Below are positions 1 to 14,681 of a DNA stretch of 64,000 bases, in pieces. The translations under genes and the position numbers were made by a program. Below the pieces are notes generated by a model, which made no database searches, was not told where the DNA came from, and saw only the letters and a program-made list of their open reading frames with translations. How positions within the stretch are numbered: position 1 is the first letter of the stretch; each line of letters opens with the position of its first letter. Where the stretch lies: contig NW_026889751.1 in assembly GCF_033153115.1 (NCBI RefSeq), positions 8,680,001 to 8,744,000 on the forward strand, written 5' to 3'. The DNA comes from Saccostrea echinata. Lineage: Eukaryota.

Positions 1-200
1 TCAGGGTTACCACATTTATCTTTATGTAATAACCAGATGAACGTTTTATTTTCATTTGTTGCTAAATTTAAAACTAAACACAGTTTACAGACACGATACA
101 GATAATTCCTATTTGAAAATTAGAAAAAAAGTTTTTATTGAAAAAAAGCTACAAACCTGATGGGTTACAATTTTGTTAATTGTAAATATGAATTTCACAG

Positions 201-3200
201 CCCCAGCCATCGTCGCTGAAGCACCCATTCCTCCTCCTAAAGCTAGCTCACCTGAAACTGGCCGTAAGTAATTTTATCATAACCGAGGTACAAAATTGAT
301 AGAGAAAGTTACAATCACACGAAATGTTGTGGACTAGCTTGAATCGTTAAAATAAACTTGGAACTAATATTTNNNNNNNNNNNNNNNNNNNNNNNNNNNN
401 NNNNNNNNNNNNNNNNNNNNNNNNNNNNNNNNNNNNNNNNNNNNNNNNNNNNNNNNNNNNNNNNNNNNNNNNNNNNNNNNNNNNNNNNNNNNNNNNNNNN
501 NNNAAGTGACTTTTTTTGGGGGGGGGGGGGGGATCTACTTTTTATTTTACAAAACATAAAAAGTAGGGCATCAATATTCTATGTAAGTTAGGTAACGATA
601 TAATTTTATTGAATGAGATGGCAATTGCCGGTAGATTGAATGAATAATAAATATTTCGATGCAGGTAAATGTAAAAAAGAGAAAAAGGTTGTGAGATGTG
701 CAAGCCGTAGATTACAACTCAGTAGTGGTCGACAGAAGGAGATCAAGAAGCTTTGTAGACTGGGGAATACCAGAGAAATTGAAGACGTCAGAGTCCAACT
801 GGTCAAGCAAGATAAAGTGTCTAAACCTTGCATCAACAAAAAGTCGTTTCGCTTACTCAAGAGGAAAGGGAGATGGCATTTGGAAGTTCGCAATGGTTGT
901 CGAGGGAAATTCAAGATCCGATATCGCAGGAAAAGTAAGATTTCAAATAAGTTTATTTCTCATTCTCAGAGAATTTGATTTCCTATATTAATTCCCATGT
1001 TAAGTACATTGTTACTGAGCTTGTCGTAAGATATATGATCCTTTGTTTACGACGTAGATTGCTCCAGAAAATGCGGTCCCAATGCTGTTTGGAAGAAGAG
1101 ACGAAGAGGCAGAGGAGGCAAATGTCGATGCAAGAGAGGTTATCGTGGAAATCCAAAGAAGGGAGGATGTACTGGTAAGATGATTTGTGAGTCTTGAAAC
1201 TTACAATACGATGGAAACAGTTTTTGAAAAAATATGACCAAAATCTATAAACCAAAACAAACTAACAAAAAAAAAATCATTTAAAAAAACAACAGCATAA
1301 AAAGTTCCCATTTTTCATGTGCTAATGAAACTTACATACCGATACTTGTACATGAATTTAGTTGGTAATCTTGACAACTCCTCTTTATTTGCAAATTGAT
1401 ACATTTGTGGGGGAAAAAGTTGACAATATGTTGAGGAACTTGTCAAGATGAAATAATGGATTTTGGATATTGATGACCATGATCCAAATCCCATCTCTCT
1501 GTCCAATTCTCTTTCAGCTTCTTGTGTATGCCGAGCTTCTGGAGACCCACACTATTCTACATATGACGGTCAGAAAATCCACTTCATGGGCACTTGCAAG
1601 TACACGCTGACAAGAACATTGGGAAAGCAACCCTGTGCCTTTAACATCATGGTGTACAACGAAAGACGAAACAACAAGAAATCAGTGTCCTATACCAAAC
1701 AAGTGGATGTGGAAATTGGCAACAACAGAGTTTCACTATTCAAAGGCAAGATATCCCAGGTAGGAACCTTCATGCACATCATTCTTCTTGTGAGTGGTGT
1801 TGCCATGGCCAAATACTAGTATGCGATGAAAACATGTATGATACATGGGTACTTTTTTGTTGGAGGGATTGTCTGATGACAAATGGAACTTGATTGTACC
1901 TGTTGGATTTGTAGGTCAATGAAAGAAATGTAAACATCACACAAATGCCCTTTGAAAAAGATGGCATTTTGTTGACGACTGTAGGGCGCCGTTTCGTCAA
2001 ACTTCAATCACCATCTTGTGGATTGACCGTGCTTTGGGATGGCAAGCATTCTGTGGAAGTTTCTGCCGACAAGGGTAAGTACGGCGGCAAAATGACTGGA
2101 ATCTGTGGGGACTGCAATGGAAAGAGAGATGACTTCCGCTTGGCCAATGGAACAAATGTATCACGATTGCCAGCAAAGGAAAAGTACAGAGAAATCGGAG
2201 ATAGTTATCGCGTGACAGATGCAAAGAGTCCTATATCTGCGTGAGTACGACGTTTAACGTGGTCCGACAGACAAGTTGCGTTCCCTGTATCGTTTGCACG
2301 TGCTATGAAATATCCATGAAAATTGTAAGAGTTGTTGATTTTCAGATGTGGTCCTACACCGGCATTTTCAAGTTGCACTCCGGAACAGACAAAGAGATTC
2401 AGTTCCAATGAAGCTTGTGGATTGATGGAGAGTACATCCGACGAAAATCCATTCAAGGAATGCGTCAAATGGATGAAAACGACTAAAGATGCGGACGGAA
2501 ACAGTCCATTTTCTTCTTGTCTTATTGATGCATGCAACAACGACGGAGCGAAGTTGAAGACAGTGACCTGCCCCGCGCTGGAGGAATTCGAAGAAATATG
2601 TGTAGAGAATGGCTACGCCCCACCAGAGGATAATATCTGGCGAAACATCACTTCCTGTTGTGAGCATTTGTATTTCATACATGTATTTCTCATTGCCTGA
2701 AACTTTACTTTTAACTTCATAAGGGACTAACCCCGATTAATATCTTTTGAGTTGATTTCAATTGCTTCAAGAAATAATAATCGTAAGCATTTATTTAAAG
2801 CATTGGCAGAGGTTGAAAAATGCCATAAAAATGAGGAGTACGTAGAAGATGGAAGTGGATGTCCCAACACATGCCTGTCCCCAAAGGCGGAAGAAACCTG
2901 TTCTGATCCTGATGTTGCAGGGTGTCAGTGTAAGAAAGGTTTTGTGAGAGATGGAGATATCTGCATACCTGTCAGTCAATGTGGATGCACTCTACTGAAG
3001 AAACGCGTTCCTGTACGGCATTACACTATTGTTTTCTTAAGCGATAAAACTTTTATTTGGAGGCAATAAAAATTGATTTTACGCAAGTCTTTTTTACTTT
3101 AAAAAAAATCTTTTCTGTTTTGGATGTTAAAAATAGTTTTGAGAAATGAAGAAAAACCTGAACCCGAGAACAGTAATTTGATAAGGATAAAGAAACATTA

Positions 3201-3420
3201 AATACTTTAGATATTTAGAATAATTTGATTCTATCTGTAGGTTCATAAAATAACACGTTCTCGATATTGTAGGTAAATTCGAGCATACTTTCAGTAGACT
3301 GCAAACAGAGAATTTCATGCACTCTGAGGAACGGTGTTCCAAAAGTTATAGAAGAACCAGCAAAGTGTAGAACTGACGAAATATGTCTGAATCTAAAAGG
3401 AAGAGGGGAATGTAAAAAAG
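201..3420 (+). CDS. Cassette copy 1 (564 aa). Exons: 201-263 Pro linker; 665-934 DUF3011-like; 1058-1174 EGF-like; 1518-1759 and 1915-2240 VWD; 2346-2659 C8; 2801-3012 TIL; 3273-3420 TILa-like
   Basis: Exon lengths 63+270+117+242+326+314+212+148 = 1692 nt. The unit starts and ends in phase 1. The same eight lengths recur in the diverged copy 7, which supports the boundaries. Confidence 0.88.
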
Positions 3421-6400
3421 GTAGTCTATATTCAACGGATTTTTTTCTGCTAAGAATTCGTTTAACGTAATTTCATTAGGCTATTGATGATCTCGTAAAC
3501 GGAATAATAAATAAAGCCTTAAAATTAGAAACTTAAAAGTTGTAGTTTATGTGTATTTGGAGTTCAGGGTTACCACATTTATCTTTATGTAATAACCAGA
3601 TGAACGTTTTATTTTCATTTGTTGCTAAATTTAAAACTAAACACAGTTTACAGACACGATACAGATAATTCCTATTTGAAAATTAGAAAAAAAGTTTTTA
3701 TTGAAAAAAAGCTACAAACCTGATGGGTTACAATTTTGTTAATTGTAAATATGAATTTCACAGCCCCAGCCATCGTCGCTGAAGCACCCATTCCTCCTCC
3801 TAAAGCTAGCTCACCTGAAACTGGCCGTAAGTAATTTTATCATAACCGAGGTACAAAATTGATAGAGAAAGTTACAATCACACGAAATGTTGTGGACTAG
3901 CTTGAATCGTTAAAATAAACTTGGAACTAATATTTNNNNNNNNNNNNNNNNNNNNNNNNNNNNNNNNNNNNNNNNNNNNNNNNNNNNNNNNNNNNNNNNN
4001 NNNNNNNNNNNNNNNNNNNNNNNNNNNNNNNNNNNNNNNNNNNNNNNNNNNNNNNNNNNNNNNNNNNTTTTTTGGGGGGGGGGGGGGATCTACTTTTTAT
4101 TTTACAAAACATAAAAAGTAGGGCATCAATATTCTATGTAAGTTAGGTAACGATATAATTTTATTGAATGAGATGGCAATTGCCGGTAGATTGAATGAAT
4201 AATAAATATTTCGATGCAGGTAAATGTAAAAAAGAGAAAAAGGTTGTGAGATGTGCAAGCCGTAGATTACAACTCAGTAGTGGTCGACAGAAGGAGATCA
4301 AGAAGCTTTGTAGACTGGGGAATACCAGAGAAATTGAAGACGTCAGAGTCCAACTGGTCAAGCAAGATAAAGTGTCTAAACCTTGCATCAACAAAAAGTC
4401 GTTTCGCTTACTCAAGAGGAAAGGGAGATGGCATTTGGAAGTTCGCAATGGTTGTCGAGGGAAATTCAAGATCCGATATCGCAGGAAAAGTAAGATTTCA
4501 AATAAGTTTATTTCTCATTCTCAGAGAATTTGATTTCCTATATTAATTCCCATGTTAAGTACATTGTTACTGAGCTTGTCGTAAGATATATGATCCTTTG
4601 TTTACGACGTAGATTGCTCCAGAAAATGCGGTCCCAATGCTGTTTGGAAGAAGAGACGAAGAGGCAGAGGAGGCAAATGTCGATGCAAGAGAGGTTATCG
4701 TGGAAATCCAAAGAAGGGAGGATGTACTGGTAAGATGATTTGTGAGTCTTGAAACTTACAATACGATGGAAACAGTTTTTGAAAAAATATGACCAAAATC
4801 TATAAACCAAAACAAACTAACAAAAAAAAAATCATTTAAAAAAACAACAGCATAAAAAGTTCCCATTTTTCATGTGCTAATGAAACTTACATACCGATAC
4901 TTGTACATGAATTTAGTTGGTAATCTTGACAACTCCTCTTTATTTGCAAATTGATACATTTGTGGGGGAAAAAGTTGACAATATGTTGAGGAACTTGTCA
5001 AGATGAAATAATGGATTTTGGATATTGATGACCATGATCCAAATCCCATCTCTCTGTCCAATTCTCTTTCAGCTTCTTGTGTATGCCGAGCTTCTGGAGA
5101 CCCACACTATTCTACATATGACGGTCAGAAAATCCACTTCATGGGCACTTGCAAGTACACGCTGACAAGAACATTGGGAAAGCAACCCTGTGCCTTTAAC
5201 ATCATGGTGTACAACGAAAGACGAAACAACAAGAAATCAGTGTCCTATACCAAACAAGTGGATGTGGAAATTGGCAACAACAGAGTTTCACTATTCAAAG
5301 GCAAGATATCCCAGGTAGGAACCTTCATGCACATCATTCTTCTTGTGAGTGGTGTTGCCATGGCCAAATACTAGTATGCGATGAAAACATGTATGATACA
5401 TGGGTACTTTTTTGTTGGAGGGATTGTCTGATGACAAATGGAACTTGATTGTACCTGTTGGATTTGTAGGTCAATGAAAGAAATGTAAACATCACACAAA
5501 TGCCCTTTGAAAAAGATGGCATTTTGTTGACGACTGTAGGGCGCCGTTTCGTCAAACTTCAATCACCATCTTGTGGATTGACCGTGCTTTGGGATGGCAA
5601 GCATTCTGTGGAAGTTTCTGCCGACAAGGGTAAGTACGGCGGCAAAATGACTGGAATCTGTGGGGACTGCAATGGAAAGAGAGATGACTTCCGCTTGGCC
5701 AATGGAACAAATGTATCACGATTGCCAGCAAAGGAAAAGTACAGAGAAATCGGAGATAGTTATCGCGTGACAGATGCAAAGAGTCCTATATCTGCGTGAG
5801 TACGACGTTTAACGTGGTCCGACAGACAAGTTGCGTTCCCTGTATCGTTTGCACGTGCTATGAAATATCCATGAAAATTGTAAGAGTTGTTGATTTTCAG
5901 ATGTGGTCCTACACCGGCATTTTCAAGTTGCACTCCGGAACAGACAAAGAGATTCAGTTCCAATGAAGCTTGTGGATTGATGGAGAGTACATCCGACGAA
6001 AATCCATTCAAGGAATGCGTCAAATGGATGAAAACGACTAAAGATGCGGACGGAAACAGTCCATTTTCTTCTTGTCTTATTGATGCATGCAACAACGACG
6101 GAGCGAAGTTGAAGACAGTGACCTGCCCCGCGCTGGAGGAATTCGAAGAAATATGTGTAGAGAATGGCTATGCCCCACCAGAGGATAATATCTGGCGAAA
6201 CATCACTTCCTGTTGTGAGCATTTGTATTTCATACATGTATTTCTCATTGCCTGAAACTTTACTTTTAACTTCATAAGGGACTAACCCCGATTAATATCT
6301 TTTGAGTTGATTTCAATTGCTTCAAGAAATAATAATCGTAAGCATTTATTTAAAGCATTGACAGAGGTTGAAAAATGCCATAAAAATGAGGAGTACGTAG

Positions 6401-9400
6401 AAGATGGAAGTGGATGTCCCAACACATGCCTGTCCCCAAAGGCGGAAGAAACCTGTTCTGATCCTGATGTTGCAGGGTGTCAGTGTAAGAAAGGTTTTGT
6501 GAGAGATGGAGATATCTGCATACCTGTCAGTCAATGTGGATGCACTCTACTGAAGAAACGCGTTCCTGTACGGCATTACACTATTGTTTTCTTAAGCGAT
6601 AAAACTTTTATTTGGAGGCAATAAAAATTGATTTTACGCAAGTCTTTTTTACTTTAAAAAATATCTTTTCTGTTTTGGATGTTAAAAATAGTTTTGAGAA
6701 ATGAAGAAAAACCTGAACCCGAGAACAGTAATTTGATAAGGATAAAGAAACATTAAATACTTTAGATATTTAGAATAATTTGATTCTATCTGTAGGTTCA
6801 TAAAATAACACGTTCTCGATATTGTAGGTAAATTCGAGCATACTTTCAGTAGACTGCAAACAGAGAATTTCATGCACTCTGAGGAACGGTGTTCCAAAAG
6901 TTATAGAAGAACCAGCAAAGTGTAGAACTGACGAAATATGTCTGAATCTAAAAGGAAGAGGGGAATGTAAAAAAGGTAGTCTATATTCAACGGATTTTTT
7001 TCTGCTAAGAATTCGTTTAACGTAATTTCATTAGGCTATTGATGATCTCGTAAACGGAATAATAAATAAAGCCTTAAAATTAGAAACTTAAAAGTTGTAG
7101 TTTATGTGTATTTGGAGTTCAGGGTTACCACATTTATCTTTATGTAATAACCAGATGAACGTTTTATTTTCATTTGTTGCTAAATTTAAAACTAAACACA
7201 GTTTACAGACACGATACAGATAATTCCTATTTGAAAATTAGAAAAAAAGTTTTTATTGAAAAAAAGCTACAAACCTGATGGGTTACAATTTTGTTAATTG
7301 TAAATATGAATTTCACAGCCCCAGCCATCGTCGCTGAAGCACCCATTCCTCCTCCTAAAGCTAGCTCACCTGAAACTGGCCGTAAGTAATTTTATCATAA
7401 CCGAGGTACAAAATTGATAGAGAAAGTTACAATCACACGAAATGTTGTGGACTAGCTTGAATCGTTAAAATAAACTTGGAACTAATATTTNNNNNNNNNN
7501 NNNNNNNNNNNNNNNNNNNNNNNNNNNNNNNNNNNNNNNNNNNNNNNNNNNNNNNNNNNNNNNNNNNNNNNNNNNNNNNNNNNNNNNNNNNNNNNNNNNN
7601 NNNNNNNNNNNNNNNNNNNNNNNNNNNNTTTTTTTGGGGGGGGGGGATCTACTTTTTATTTTACAAAACATAAAAAGTAGGGCATCAATATTCTATGTAA
7701 GTTAGGTAACGATATAATTTTATTGAATGAGATGGCAATTGCCGGTAGATTGAATGAATAATAAATATTTCGATGCAGGTAAATGTAAAAAAGAGAAAAA
7801 GGTTGTGAGATGTGCAAGCCGTAGATTACAACTCAGTAGTGGTCGACAGAAGGAGATCAAGAAGCTTTGTAGACTGGGGAATACCAGAGAAATTGAAGAC
7901 GTCAGAGTCCAACTGGTCAAGCAAGATAAAGTGTCTAAACCTTGCATCAACAAAAAGTCGTTTCGCTTACTCAAGAGGAAAGGGAGATGGCATTTGGAAG
8001 TTCGCAATGGTTGTCGAGGGAAATTCAAGATCCGATATCGCAGGAAAAGTAAGATTTCAAATAAGTTTATTTCTCATTCTCAGAGAATTTGATTTCCTAT
8101 ATTAATTCCCATGTTAAGTACATTGTTACTGAGCTTGTCGTAAGATATATGATCCTTTGTTTACGACGTAGATTGCTCCAGAAAATGCGGTCCCAATGCT
8201 GTTTGGAAGAAGAGACGAAGAGGCAGAGGAGGCAAATGTCGATGCAAGAGAGGTTATCGTGGAAATCCAAAGAAGGGAGGATGTACTGGTAAGATGATTT
8301 GTGAGTCTTGAAACTTACAATACGATGGAAACAGTTTTTGAAAAAATATGACCAAAATCTATAAACCAAAACAAACTAACAAAAAAAAAATCATTTAAAA
8401 AAACAACAGCATAAAAAGTTCCCATTTTTCATGTGCTAATGAAACTTACATACCGATACTTGTACATGAATTTAGTTGGTAATCTTGACAACTCCTCTTT
8501 ATTTGCAAATTGATACATTTGTGGGGGAAAAAGTTGACAATATGTTGAGGAACTTGTCAAGATGAAATAATGGATTTTGGATATTGATGACCATGATCCA
8601 AATCCCATCTCTCTGTCCAATTCTCTTTCAGCTTCTTGTGTATGCCGAGCTTCTGGAGACCCACACTATTCTACATATGACGGTCAGAAAATCCACTTCA
8701 TGGGCACTTGCAAGTACACGCTGACAAGAACATTGGGAAAGCAACCCTGTGCCTTTAACATCATGGTGTACAACGAAAGACGAAACAACAAGAAATCAGT
8801 GTCCTATACCAAACAAGTGGATGTGGAAATTGGCAACAACAGAGTTTCACTATTCAAAGGCAAGATATCCCAGGTAGGAACCTTCATGCACATCATTCTT
8901 CTTGTGAGTGGTGTTGCCATGGCCAAATACTAGTATGCGATGAAAACATGTATGATACATGGGTACTTTTTTGTTGGAGGGATTGTCTGATGACAAATGG
9001 AACTTGATTGTACCTGTTGGATTTGTAGGTCAATGAAAGAAATGTAAACATCACACAAATGCCCTTTGAAAAAGATGGCATTTTGTTGACGACTGTAGGG
9101 CGCCGTTTCGTCAAACTTCAATCACCATCTTGTGGATTGACCGTGCTTTGGGATGGCAAGCATTCTGTGGAAGTTTCTGCCGACAAGGGTAAGTACGGCG
9201 GCAAAATGACTGGAATCTGTGGGGACTGCAATGGAAAGAGAGATGACTTCCGCTTGGCCAATGGAACAAATGTATCACGATTGCCAGCAAAGGAAAAGTA
9301 CAGAGAAATCGGAGATAGTTATCGCGTGACAGATGCAAAGAGTCCTATATCTGCGTGAGTACGACGTTTAACGTGGTCCGACAGTCAAGTTGCGTTCCCT

Positions 9401-11066
9401 GTATCGTTTGCACGTGCTATGAAATATCCATGAAAATTGTAAGAGTTGTTGATTTTCAGATGTGGTCCTACACCGGCATTTTCAAGTTGCACTCCGGAAC
9501 AGACAAAGAGATTCAGTTCCAATGAAGCTTGTGGATTGATGGAGAGTACATCCGACGAAAATCCATTCAAGGAATGCGTCAAATGGATGAAAACGACTAA
9601 AGATGCGGACGGAAACAGTCCATTTTCTTCTTGTCTTATTGATGCATGCAACAACGACGGAGCGAAGTTGAAGACAGTGACCTGCCCCGCGCTGGAGGAA
9701 TTCGAAGAAATATGTGTAGAGAATGGCTACGCCCCACCAGAGGATAATATCTGGCGAAACATCACTTCCTGTTGTGAGCATTTGTATTTCATACATGTAT
9801 TTCTCATTGCCTGAAACTTTACTTTTAACTTCATAAGGGACTAACCCCGATTAATATCTTTTGAGTTGATTTCAATTGCTTCAAGAAATAATAATCGTAA
9901 GCATTTATTTAAAGCATTGGCAGAGGTTGAAAAATGCCATAAAAATGAGGAGTACGTAGAAGATGGAAGTGGATGTCCCAACACATGCCTGTCCCCAAAG
10001 GCGGAAGAAACCTGTTCTGATCCTGATGTTGCAGGGTGTCAGTGTAAGAAAGGTTTTGTGAGAGATGGAGATATCTGCATACCTGTCAGTCAATGTGGAT
10101 GCACTCTACTGAAGAAACGCGTTCCTGTACGGCATTACACTATTGTTTTCTTAAGCGATAAAACTTTTATTTGGAGGCAATAAAAATTGATTTTACGCAA
10201 GTCTTTTTTACTTTAAAAAAATCTTTTCTGTTTTGGATGTTAAAAATAGTTTTGAGAAATGAAGAAAAACCTGAACCCGAGAACAGTAATTTGATAAGGA
10301 TAAAGAAACATTAAATACTTTAGATATTTAGAATAATTTGATTCTATCTGTAGGTTCATAAAATAACACGTTCTCGATATTGTAGGTAAATTCGAGCATA
10401 CTTTCAGTAGACTGCAAACAGAGAATTTCATGCACTCTGAGGAACGGTGTTCCAAAAGTTATAGAAGAACCAGCAAAGTGTAGAACTGACGAAATATGTT
10501 TGAATCTAAAAGGAAGAGGGGAATGTAAAAAAGGTAGTCTATATTCAACGGATTTTTTTCTGCTAAGAATTCGTTTAACGTAATTTCATTAGGCTATTGA
10601 TGATCTCGTAAACGGAATAATAAATAAAGCCTTAAAATTAGAAACTTAAAAGTTGTAGTTTATGTGTATTTGGAGTTCAGGGTTACCACATTTATCTTTA
10701 TGTAATAACCAGATGAACGTTTTATTTTCATTTGTTGCTAAATTTAAAACTAAACACAGTTTACAGACACGATACAGATAATTCCTATTTGAAAATTAGA
10801 AAAAAAGTTTTTATTGAAAAAAAGCTACAAACCTGATGGGTTACAATTTTGTTAATTGTAAATATGAATTTCACAGCCCCAGCCATCGTCGCTGAAGCAC
10901 CCATTCCTCCTCCTAAAGCTAGCTCACCTGAAACTGGCCGTAAGTAATTTTATCATAACCGAGGTACAAAATTGATAGAGAAAGTTACAATCACACGAAA
11001 TGTTGTGGACTAGCTTGAATCGTTAAAATAAACTTGGAACTAATATTTAAGTTCAAATTACCTTTC

Positions 11067-11135
<69 letters not shown>

Positions 11136-14100
11136 TTGAATTCCATGAAAGTGACTTTTTTTTTTGGGGGGGGGGGATCTACTTTTTATTTTACAAAACA
11201 TAAAAAGTAGGGCATCAATATTCTATGTAAGTTAGGTAACGATATAATTTTATTGAATGAGATGGCAATTGCCGGTAGATTGAATGAATAATAAATATTT
11301 CGATGCAGGTAAATGTAAAAAAGAGAAAAAGGTTGTGAGATGTGCAAGCCGTAGATTACAACTCAGTAGTGGTCGACAGAAGGAGATCAAGAAGCTTTGT
11401 AGACTGGGGAATACCAGAGAAATTGAAGACGTCAGAGTCCAACTGGTCAAGCAAGATAAAGTGTCTAAACCTTGCATCAACAAAAAGTCGTTTCGCTTAC
11501 TCAAGAGGAAAGGGAGATGGCATTTGGAAGTTCGCAATGGTTGTCGAGGGAAATTCAAGATCCGATATCGCAGGAAAAGTAAGATTTCAAATAAGTTTAT
11601 TTCTCATTCTCAGAGAATTTGATTTCCTATATTAATTCCCATGTTAAGTACATTGTTACTGAGCTTGTCGTAAGATATATGATCCTTTGTTTACGACGTA
11701 GATTGCTCCAGAAAATGCGGTCCCAATGCTGTTTGGAAGAAGAGACGAAGAGGCAGAGGAGGCAAATGTCGATGCAAGAGAGGTTATCGTGGAAATCCAA
11801 AGAAGGGAGGATGTACTGGTAAGATGATTTGTGAGTCTTGAAACTTACAATACGATGGAAACAGTTTTTGAAAAAATATGACCAAAATCTATAAACCAAA
11901 ACAAACTAACAAAAAAAAAATCATTTAAAAAAACAACAGCATAAAAAGTTCCCATTTTTCATGTGCTAATGAAACTTACATACCGATACTTGTACATGAA
12001 TTTAGTTGGTAATCTTGACAACTCCTCTTTATTTGCAAATTGATACATTTGTGGGGGAAAAAGTTGACAATATGTTGAGGAACTTGTCAAGATGAAATAA
12101 TGGATTTTGGATATTGATGACCATGATCCAAATCCCATCTCTCTGTCCAATTCTCTTTCAGCTTCTTGTGTATGCCGAGCTTCTGGAGACCCACACTATT
12201 CTACATATGACGGTCAGAAAATCCACTTCATGGGCACTTGCAAGTACACGCTGACAAGAACATTGGGAAAGCAACCCTGTGCCTTTAACATCATGGTGTA
12301 CAACGAAAGACGAAACAACAAGAAATCAGTGTCCTATACCAAACAAGTGGATGTGGAAATTGGCAACAACAGAGTTTCACTATTCAAAGGCAAGATATCC
12401 CAGGTAGGAACCTTCATGCACATCATTCTTCTTGTGAGTGGTGTTGCCATGGCCAAATACTAGTATGCGATGAAAACATGTATGATACATGGGTACTTTT
12501 TTGTTGGAGGGATTGTCTGATGACAAATGGAACTTGATTGTACCCGTTGGATTTGTAGGTCAATGAAAGAAATGTAAACATCACACAAATGCCCTTTGAA
12601 AAAGATGGCATTTTGTTGACGACTGTAGGGCGCCGTTTCGTCAAACTTCAATCACCATCTTGTGGATTGACCGTGCTTTGGGATGGCAAGCATTCTGTGG
12701 AAGTTTCTGCCGACAAGGGTAAGTACGGCGGCAAAATGACTGGAATCTGTGGGGACTGCAATGGAAAGAGAGATGACTTCCGCTTGGCCAATGGAACAAA
12801 TGTATCACGATTGCCAGCAAAGGAAAAGTACAGAGAAATCGGAGATAGTTATCGCGTGACAGATGCAAAGAGTCCTATATCTGCGTGAGTACGACGTTTA
12901 ACGTGGTCCGACAGTCAAGTTGCGTTCCCTGTATCGTTTGCACGTGCTATGAAATATCCATGAAAATTGTAAGAGTTGTTGATTTTCAGATGTGGTCCTA
13001 CACCGGCATTTTCAAGTTGCACTCCGGAACAGACAAAGAGATTCAGTTCCAATGAAGCTTGTGGATTGATGGAGAGTACATCCGACGAAAATCCATTCAA
13101 GGAATGCGTCAAATGGATGAAAACGACTAAAGATGCGGACGGAAACAGTCCATTTTCTTCTTGTCTTATTGATGCATGCAACAACGACGGAGCGAAGTTG
13201 AAGACAGTGACCTGCCCCGCGCTGGAGGAATTCGAAGAAATATGTGTAGAGAATGGCTATGCCCCACCAGAGGATAATATCTGGCGAAACATCACTTCCT
13301 GTTGTGAGCATTTGTATTTCATACATGTATTTCTCATTGCCTGAAACTTTACTTTTAACTTCATAAGGGACTAACCCCGATTAATATCTTTTGAGTTGAT
13401 TTCAATTGCTTCAAGAAATAATAATCGTAAGCATTTATTTAAAGCATTGACAGAGGTTGAAAAATGCCATAAAAATGAGGAGTACGTAGAAGATGGAAGT
13501 GGATGTCCCAACACATGCCTGTCCCCAAAGGCGGAAGAAACCTGTTCTGATCCTGATGTTGCAGGGTGTCAGTGTAAGAAAGGTTTTGTGAGAGATGGAG
13601 ATATCTGCATACCTGTCAGTCAATGTGGATGCACTCTACTGAAGAAACGCGTTCCTGTACGGCATTACACTATTGTTTTCTTAAGCGATAAAACTTTTAT
13701 TTGGAGGCAATAAAAATTGATTTTACGCAAGTCTTTTTTACTTTAAAAAAATCTTTTCTGTTTTGGATGTTAAAAATAGTTTTGAGAAATGAAGAAAAAC
13801 CTGAACCCGAGAACAGTAATTTGATAAGGATAAAGAAACATTAAATACTTTAGATATTTAGAATAATTTGATTCTATCTGTAGGTTCATAAAATAACACG
13901 TTCTCGATATTGTAGGTAAATTCGAGCATACTTTCAGTAGACTGCAAACAGAGAATTTCATGCACTCTGAGGAACGGTGTTCCAAAAGTTATAGAAGAAC
14001 CAGCAAAGTGTAGAACTGACGAAATATGTCTGAATCTAAAAGGAAGAGGGGAATGTAAAAAAGGTAGTCTATATTCAACGGATTTTTTTCTGCTAAGAAT

Positions 14101-14596
14101 TCGTTTAACGTAATTTCATTAGGCTATTGATGATCTCGTAAACGGAATAATAAATAAAGCCTTAAAATTAGAAACTTAAAAGTTGTAGTTTATGTGTATT
14201 TGGAGTTCAGGGTTACCACATTTATCTTTATGTAATAACCAGATGAACGTTTTATTTTCATTTGTTGCTAAATTTAAAACTAAACACAGTTTACAGACAC
14301 GATACAGATAATTCCTATTTGAAAATTAGAAAAAAAGTTTTTATTGAAAAAAAGCTACAAACCTGATGGGTTACAATTTTGTTAATTGTAAATATGAATT
14401 TCACAGCCCCAGCCATCGTCGCTGAAGCACCCATTCCTCCTCCTAAAGCTAGCTCACCTGAAACTGGCCGTAAGTAATTTTATCATAACCGAGGTACAAA
14501 ATTGATAGAGAAAGTTACAATCACACGAAATGTTGTGGACTAGCTTGAATCGTTAAAATAAACTTGGAACTAATATTTAAGTTCAAATTACCTTTC

Positions 14597-14681
<85 letters not shown>

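Noticed and set aside
315-591. ORFs containing X runs
   Set aside because: Artefacts of reading through N runs.
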